Origin: Candidatus Heimdallarchaeota archaeon
GTDB taxonomy: Archaea > Asgardarchaeota > Heimdallarchaeia > Heimdallarchaeales > Heimdallarchaeaceae
Direction of reading: 5' to 3'
Length of the DNA stretch: 64,000 nt
NCBI GenBank assembly: GCA_030603365.1
Contig: JAUVXV010000005.1
Span: 152,063 to 216,062 of the forward strand
The position numbers and the translations under genes were made by a program. Below are positions 58,852 to 64,000 of this stretch, piece by piece; positions within the stretch are counted from its first letter, which is position 1, and the number at the start of each line of letters is the position of its first letter. Below the pieces are notes generated by a model that did not search any database, was not told the origin of the DNA, and saw nothing but the letters and a program-made list of their open reading frames with translations.

Positions 58852-59844
58852 ATGTTTAAATATCTATTTTACTATTTTAACTATATGAAGAAAAATAGTC
58901 TCACATTAATTTTGGTTATACTCTTATGTTTTCCCTATTTAATTTCTGTTAATTCAGCTTCAGAATCAACTTTTGAAGATGATTCTTCATTCAATCATCT
59001 CTGTGATGTGAAAGTAGCTTGTTATAATGGTTCAGGTGCTTGGAATTATGGAAAAGTTGTCATACAGAGCTTCTTTGATTGGGCAGGATGTACTTATGCG
59101 AATGTATCTGGACAAGATATTATTGCTGGTTGTTTAGATAAATATGATATCCTTTATTGGCCAGGTGGACATTATCCAGCATACTGGGATGAAATGGGTT
59201 TAGAAGGAAAGCAAATTGTACAAGATTTTGTCAAAAAAGGTGGAGGATATTTTGGTGTATGTGCAGGAGCATACTACGCATGTGATTACATGGTCTGGAT
59301 GGATGATGACTCATTTCCAGCTCCAGACTACAAAGTAGAAGGAGACGAATTGAATCTAGATCTAATTCCTGGAGTAGCTTGGGGACCTATCTTTGAACTT
59401 GCTGAGAGACCAGAACCAGGATGGGCAATGACACAAGTAGATATAGTTACTCACGAACATCCAATATCTCAAAATCTTCCTGATTCAATGCAGATTATCT
59501 ATGGTGGTGGTCCATATTTCGAAATATATGAAGGTGCTGAAGTTACAGTATTGGGTGTTTATAACTTGACAGAACAAGTTGCAATCACTGCTAACAATTA
59601 TGGAGAAGGAAGAGTCTTTCTCATTAGTCCGCATGCAGAAATAGAAGAAAATAGTTATAGAGATGGACAAGAACCTTTAGATGAATATGATGATGAAGGT
59701 TCAGATTGGCCTCTGCTCTACAAAGCAGTAGAGTGGTTAGCATTTCTCTCTACCGTTGATACTGCTATTTTTCAAGTCTTAATACCCAGTATTATTTTCT
59801 TTGTTACTATAACTATTATTAGAAAAAAGAAGTTGAGGAAATAA
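58852..59844 (+). CDS. Secreted, TM-anchored BPL_N / class I glutamine amidotransferase-like protein
   Basis: YWPGG, GGGYFGVCAGAY (nucleophile Cys), SPHAE; signal peptide and TM plus RKKK. Confidence 0.8.
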   Translation: MFKYLFYYFNYMKKNSLTLILVILLCFPYLISVNSASESTFEDDSSFNHLCDVKVACYNGSGAWNYGKVVIQSFFDWAGCTYANVSGQDIIAGCLDKYDILYWPGGHYPAYWDEMGLEGKQIVQDFVKKGGGYFGVCAGAYYACDYMVWMDDDSFPAPDYKVEGDELNLDLIPGVAWGPIFELAERPEPGWAMTQVDIVTHEHPISQNLPDSMQIIYGGGPYFEIYEGAEVTVLGVYNLTEQVAITANNYGEGRVFLISPHAEIEENSYRDGQEPLDEYDDEGSDWPLLYKAVEWLAFLSTVDTAIFQVLIPSIIFFVTITIIRKKKLRK

Positions 59845-59914
59845 TTCTTGATAACTGAAAAGAATACTTTTGTAAAAACAGAAAGAATTTAATTAACAGT
59901 ATTCTGTTTAGTGC

Positions 59915-60250
59915 ATGCACAGAGTATTTATGATTTTAAGTAGTGCTGATAAAATTGTTCATCAAGAACTTAGTTTTCCATATTCCTATAATTCTAAAAA
60001 ACAAGGGTGGATGGATCAAGTTCGAGTAATTCTTTGGGGTCCTACAGAAAAAATCGTTATTGAAGACTTAGATTTTCAAGAACAAGTTAGACTGCTAATG
60101 GATACAGGAGTCGAAGTTTATGCCTGTAAAGCTTGTAGTGATAATTTTGGTGTAAGTGACGAACTTGAGAAAATAGGAATAGATGTTAGATATGTTGGGA
60201 CTTTTGTCACAGAAATGCTAAAAGAAGGATGGTATCAACTAACATTCTAA
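59915..60250 (+). CDS. DsrE family protein
   Basis: VRVILWGP, GVEVYACKACSDNFGV. Confidence 0.85.
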   Translation: MHRVFMILSSADKIVHQELSFPYSYNSKKQGWMDQVRVILWGPTEKIVIEDLDFQEQVRLLMDTGVEVYACKACSDNFGVSDELEKIGIDVRYVGTFVTEMLKEGWYQLTF

Positions 60251-60903
60251 CTAGCATGAACATATCCTTTCAGAACAGCTTCAGTTGTTACTGTTTTTAC
60301 TCCTTTTTGAATCCATTCCTCAATTAACTTTAGTGAATCTTCTTCATTTATTCCTTCTATAGCATCAATAACGAGGTAGATTTCTAAATCACCAAAATTC
60401 ATCAAACCTTCTATAGCCGTTCTTACACAGTAATCAATTGCTACGCCATATACTACAACCTTTTTTGGTTTTAGTTCTCCAATAAATGGTATTGCATTCG
60501 GATTAGAAAAGCCATCAAATGAAGTTTTTCTGAAAATGATTGGACCTTTTGCTTCAATTATCTCTTTGACTTTTTCCTCTGGATAAGTAACAGGATCAAT
60601 CCAATTGGTAAGTTCAGATCTTGTTTCAAGAATTTTTTCTTGTCCTGAATCATTTTGCATACAATGGGGAGGGAAAGTACTTTTGAAATCAGGATTGTCC
60701 TTTTCAATTTCAGGGTCAGTATCTGAGTGGTAATCAACTGTCCCAAGAATTCTAATTTTACTAATATTAGCGAATTGTGTTAATTTCGCAAGATTTTCTT
60801 TAAGATTTTCTGCACCTGATACATACAATTTACCATCAGGTTCCATGAAATCTTTTTGAGTATCAACATCCCAGAATATTACATCAGAGGTCATTTTTCT
60901 CAA
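60247..60903 (-). CDS. pncA: Nicotinamidase/isochorismatase family cysteine hydrolase
   Basis: DVDTQKDF, DYH, FPPHC, FRK, GVAIDYCV (Asp-Lys-Cys triad plus metal ligands). Confidence 0.85.
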   Translation of the reverse strand: MRKMTSDVIFWDVDTQKDFMEPDGKLYVSGAENLKENLAKLTQFANISKIRILGTVDYHSDTDPEIEKDNPDFKSTFPPHCMQNDSGQEKILETRSELTNWIDPVTYPEEKVKEIIEAKGPIIFRKTSFDGFSNPNAIPFIGELKPKKVVVYGVAIDYCVRTAIEGLMNFGDLEIYLVIDAIEGINEEDSLKLIEEWIQKGVKTVTTEAVLKGYVHAS

Positions 60904-60963
60904 GTAAACATATATAATTAGATACTTAAAAAGATTCTATATAGACAGTTTTTTGCCTAAAAT

Positions 60964-61614
60964 TTACTTCCCTTTAAGTTTCGGGATTATTTCTCTTAAT
61001 TCATCCCCTGAAATTACTCCTGATCTTACAATCTTAGGAGTTTTAGCTGAGATGTCAAGAATAGTAGAAGGTTTTCCTAAATCTGTGGGTCCACCATCAA
61101 TTATACATGGAATTTTTCCTTCAAAGTACTCTAAAACAGTTTTAGCTTTAAGAGCACTTGGTTGCTCCGATAAATTAGCACTTGTTGCAGCTATTGGCGT
61201 ATGAGCTAATTTTATCAGCTGTTGAACTATATTGTTATCAGGCATTCTTACTCCCACTGAATTGAGATTAGAAGCAATGTTGTCAGGAACACTAGAATTT
61301 CTCTCTACAACAATCGTTAATCCTCCAGGCCAGAATCGTTCAGATAATTCAAAGAAAATCGGTTTAATATTTGTAGCTACATCGTAGATTTGATTAATTT
61401 CTGAGATTAGAACATTGATTGGTTTATCCTTTGGTCTTTCTTTTATTGAATAAACAGTATCAATAGCTTCTGAATTAAAAACATCACATCCTATTCCATA
61501 CAAAGTGTCCGTTGGGAATGCAATTACAAAGCCATCTAACATATAATCAACAGCATCTCGAAGTTTGTTCAAATTGAGCTGATCAGCATTTAAAATAATT
61601 GTTTCTGTTTCCAT
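60964..61614 (-). CDS. tsaC: L-threonylcarbamoyladenylate synthase (single YrdC domain)
   Basis: FPTDTLYGIG, KERP..KP, FWPGGLT, TSANLS. Confidence 0.92.
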   Translation of the reverse strand: METETIILNADQLNLNKLRDAVDYMLDGFVIAFPTDTLYGIGCDVFNSEAIDTVYSIKERPKDKPINVLISEINQIYDVATNIKPIFFELSERFWPGGLTIVVERNSSVPDNIASNLNSVGVRMPDNNIVQQLIKLAHTPIAATSANLSEQPSALKAKTVLEYFEGKIPCIIDGGPTDLGKPSTILDISAKTPKIVRSGVISGDELREIIPKLKGK

Positions 61615-61723
61615 TGAATTACAACTCGTATTTGTGTACTAGTCAAAGTTTGCCTTAAGTCTTGTGCTTATCTGTAGAATTTTGATTTAAGGTAAGATTT
61701 AACATACATCCAGAGATTGTACT

Positions 61724-62503
61724 TTGAATAATATGAGCAGTACTTATTATAAAACTATCCTACTGGCCGCTCCTGGAAGTGGAATAGGTAAATCAATAAC
61801 ATCTAATTTACTACAAGATGAATACAAAATTATAGGTTTAGGGCAAAAAGGGAGTAAGAAGTATTTTGAAGAACTTAAATTGAATGGATATGATGTCCAG
61901 TTTTTTGAATGTGATTGCACTTCAGAAGAAGAAGTTGAACAAGCATTTACTAATATGAGAAAAACTATCTCAAAAATTGATGGTATGATCAACCTAATTG
62001 GAGGAAGTTTCTATAGCAAAGAGATTACACAATTGAAATATTCAGAATATAAAAAAGTGCTTTCTGTAAATCTAGATTCAGCATTTCTTGTGGGTCGAGA
62101 ATCACTAAAATGGATGCAAGAAACTGGGGGAGGAAACATTGTTTTTTTTGGTTCTACAACAGGTTTTAAGCCATCAAATAAGAAACTACCTTATGGCATA
62201 GCTAAAGCTGGTATTCATGCTATGACATGGTTTTTTGCTCAAGAAGGATCTCATTCCAATATTATCACAAACACAATCTCACCAGGATATGTGATGACAG
62301 ATAGACACATTTCTGATATTGAGAAAAAAGCAGAAAAAAAAGAAACAAAATTTGATGATATACTCAAAGAGATAAATAGTAAAAATCCTTTGAAACAATC
62401 GTTAAATCCAGAAGATATTTATCCGTTAGTTAAGCTTCTTTTGGAAACTAACCACATACAAGGTCAAATAATAAGAATAGATTCAGGACAAATATTAGGG
62501 TGA
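61724..62503 (+). CDS. Short-chain dehydrogenase/reductase
   Basis: APGSGIG, VNL, YGIAK, ISPG, GQIIRIDSG. Confidence 0.9.
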   Translation: MNNMSSTYYKTILLAAPGSGIGKSITSNLLQDEYKIIGLGQKGSKKYFEELKLNGYDVQFFECDCTSEEEVEQAFTNMRKTISKIDGMINLIGGSFYSKEITQLKYSEYKKVLSVNLDSAFLVGRESLKWMQETGGGNIVFFGSTTGFKPSNKKLPYGIAKAGIHAMTWFFAQEGSHSNIITNTISPGYVMTDRHISDIEKKAEKKETKFDDILKEINSKNPLKQSLNPEDIYPLVKLLLETNHIQGQIIRIDSGQILG

Positions 62504-62507
62504 GAGT

Positions 62508-63404
62508 CTAGGGTTTTTCACCACATACAGGGCAAGCCAGACCATATCTGAAGAAAGTTTCATGATCCCTTTGGCATTCTCTTACTTCATCCCTAGTTAA
62601 TTTAATCATGTTTTCAGCAACTCTTTCGTCATATTCATCTCTATTTACCCACTCTCCTTCTCTCATTTGCTTATTATAAGGTATAAAGAGCAGATATGTG
62701 AAAGAAACAGGTAAAACTCCTCTTTCCTCATGTTCTTCAGTATAGCTATCTACATTTTTATTTATTAAATCTATTATTTGAGGTAAAATTTTTCTCATGA
62801 CATCTATAGGAAACTTGTAGATTACTCCTGGTGCAACCACACTGTCCCTAATTTTAAGAGGTTCAAACCATTTATAATACCAGTCTTCTACTTCTTCTAC
62901 TTCATTGATTGCTAACACACGATCTTTATGAAGAAGGGCTGCATAATGGGAAAGAATTCCTCTTATTTTGAGAATATTGAAAAATGTGAATAGTCTATGA
63001 GGATAATTGAATCCTTCATCTTGAAGTTCGTTCAGAACAAGACGAAATTCATCATAATACACTCTGGGTATTTGGTAAACTTTTTGCTTGACTCTTCTTC
63101 CTTTTTCATTGTAAATTATAAGATCTTCAGTATTTAGTAAATCTAATTCATCAGATAGCAAAATCTTTAGATTGTGGTAAACTGAACTCAGATGCATATT
63201 TAAGCTGGTAGCAATATCAGCAGCTGTTATTCCTAGAATCTCTCTGTCATCTAAACTTTGATATTTTCTACTAGAGAATTCAGCATCTAAGACGATAGCC
63301 CAAACATCAATAGCTGTTGAATAACGTCTGTCTAGAGCGATTTTGAATATTTGTTCTAGATAAACAATTTTACCAGCTAAATCTGTTTCATCTAGGTCGC
63401 TCAT
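62508..63404 (-). CDS. Winged-helix DNA-binding protein with C-terminal Zn-binding motif
   Basis: ITAADIATSLNMHLSSVYHNLKIL; CQRDH...CPVCG. Confidence 0.7.
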   Translation of the reverse strand: MSDLDETDLAGKIVYLEQIFKIALDRRYSTAIDVWAIVLDAEFSSRKYQSLDDREILGITAADIATSLNMHLSSVYHNLKILLSDELDLLNTEDLIIYNEKGRRVKQKVYQIPRVYYDEFRLVLNELQDEGFNYPHRLFTFFNILKIRGILSHYAALLHKDRVLAINEVEEVEDWYYKWFEPLKIRDSVVAPGVIYKFPIDVMRKILPQIIDLINKNVDSYTEEHEERGVLPVSFTYLLFIPYNKQMREGEWVNRDEYDERVAENMIKLTRDEVRECQRDHETFFRYGLACPVCGEKP

Positions 63405-63528
63405 TTCGCTCTAACTCATCTGTTTAAGTTACACTTCTCTAACCAATTAAACGTATTTAATCTTTACTGACACATTTATTAAATTTCCTTAAACTTCTGT
63501 AAAAAGAATAATAATCTCTTCTTCTTAG

Positions 63529-63693
63529 CTATTCCTCCAAATTAGCACTTATAATGATGGTTTTTTTGTCTTTTTGCTTAATCAGATTTTTTTCCGATAA
63601 AGCTAGTTTGAAAATCCACCATGTTAGAACAGTAAAAACAACCGTTATTGCTAGAAATGTTATGGTTCCAAGAACAGCATTAAGTACAGTCAT
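63529..63693 (-). CDS. Small single-TM membrane protein (about 54 aa)
   Basis: MTVLNAVLGTITFLAITVVFTVLTWWIFKLAL...; ATG at 63693. Confidence 0.5.
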   Translation of the reverse strand: MTVLNAVLGTITFLAITVVFTVLTWWIFKLALSEKNLIKQKDKKTIIISANLEE

Positions 63694-63849
63694 TGTTGTC
63701 CTAATAGTGTATAGTTCTTTAAAATTTTTCCTATTTATAAAGTGTTTTTGTCTCCTTGTCTCCTTAGAGTGAGGAAGCATCACATTAAAGTGATATTGAG
63801 AGGAGGGGAATTACAGGAGTTTTTATAGCAAAATAGGATTAGAGAAGTG

Positions 63850-64000
63850 ATGGTGCATACATTACGCATAGAATGTATAGAAGTTTCTTATCACCCTGCG
63901 TTGAGCAAGCTTTGCCATCAAGTGAAAAATCTCTACAATCGAGCAAATTTCTTGATTAAAACCTCGTTAAGAAAATCTAACAAAGTTCTTTATTATTACG
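63850..64000 (+). mobile_element. tnpB: 5' end of a TnpB (IS200/IS605 OrfB-type) gene, cut by the window edge
   Basis: MVHTLRIECIEVSYHPALSKLCHQVKNLYNRANFLIK...; LCH..KNLYN.AN is the typical TnpB N-terminal pattern. Confidence 0.75.

Noticed and set aside
1-64000. rRNA, tRNA or defence-system genes
   Set aside because: No GC-rich structured RNA segments or recognisable defence motifs were seen by eye; a covariance-model search would be needed to exclude small RNAs

Overview
AT-rich, gene-dense archaeal chromosome segment, most likely from an Asgard archaeon (probably Heimdallarchaeia). This is inferred from three Rab-like small GTPases without prenylation motifs, RING-like Zn fingers, CDP-archaeol synthase CarS, and many secreted proteins with C-terminal TM plus basic-tail anchors (one PGF-type, one PEFG-type). 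Housekeeping genes include a K+-independent H+-PPase, a type IIA P-type ATPase, CDF/MFS/ABC transporters, FeoAB, TldD/E, TsaC, nicotinamidase, aminotransferases and a peroxiredoxin x3 + nitroreductase operon. Accessory surface content includes five tandem membrane-anchored arylsulfotransferase-like genes, beta-helix and beta-propeller repeat proteins, and a small 2-TM module family. Features absent from the ORF track: a Cys-rich FeoC-like ORF with a palindromic operator upstream of feoA; three diverged paralog scars next to intact genes (hppA, P-type ATPase, DsrE); a 41-bp direct repeat flanking a divergent HTH-PH/PH gene pair; and the start of a TnpB gene at the right edge. The best candidates for an undescribed system are the thioredoxin-TM-C4C4 RING-like protein with neighbouring RING and secreted FKBP-like genes, and the sulfotransferase array. 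No rRNA, tRNA or CRISPR array was recognised. All calls come from motif reading by eye; no searches were run.
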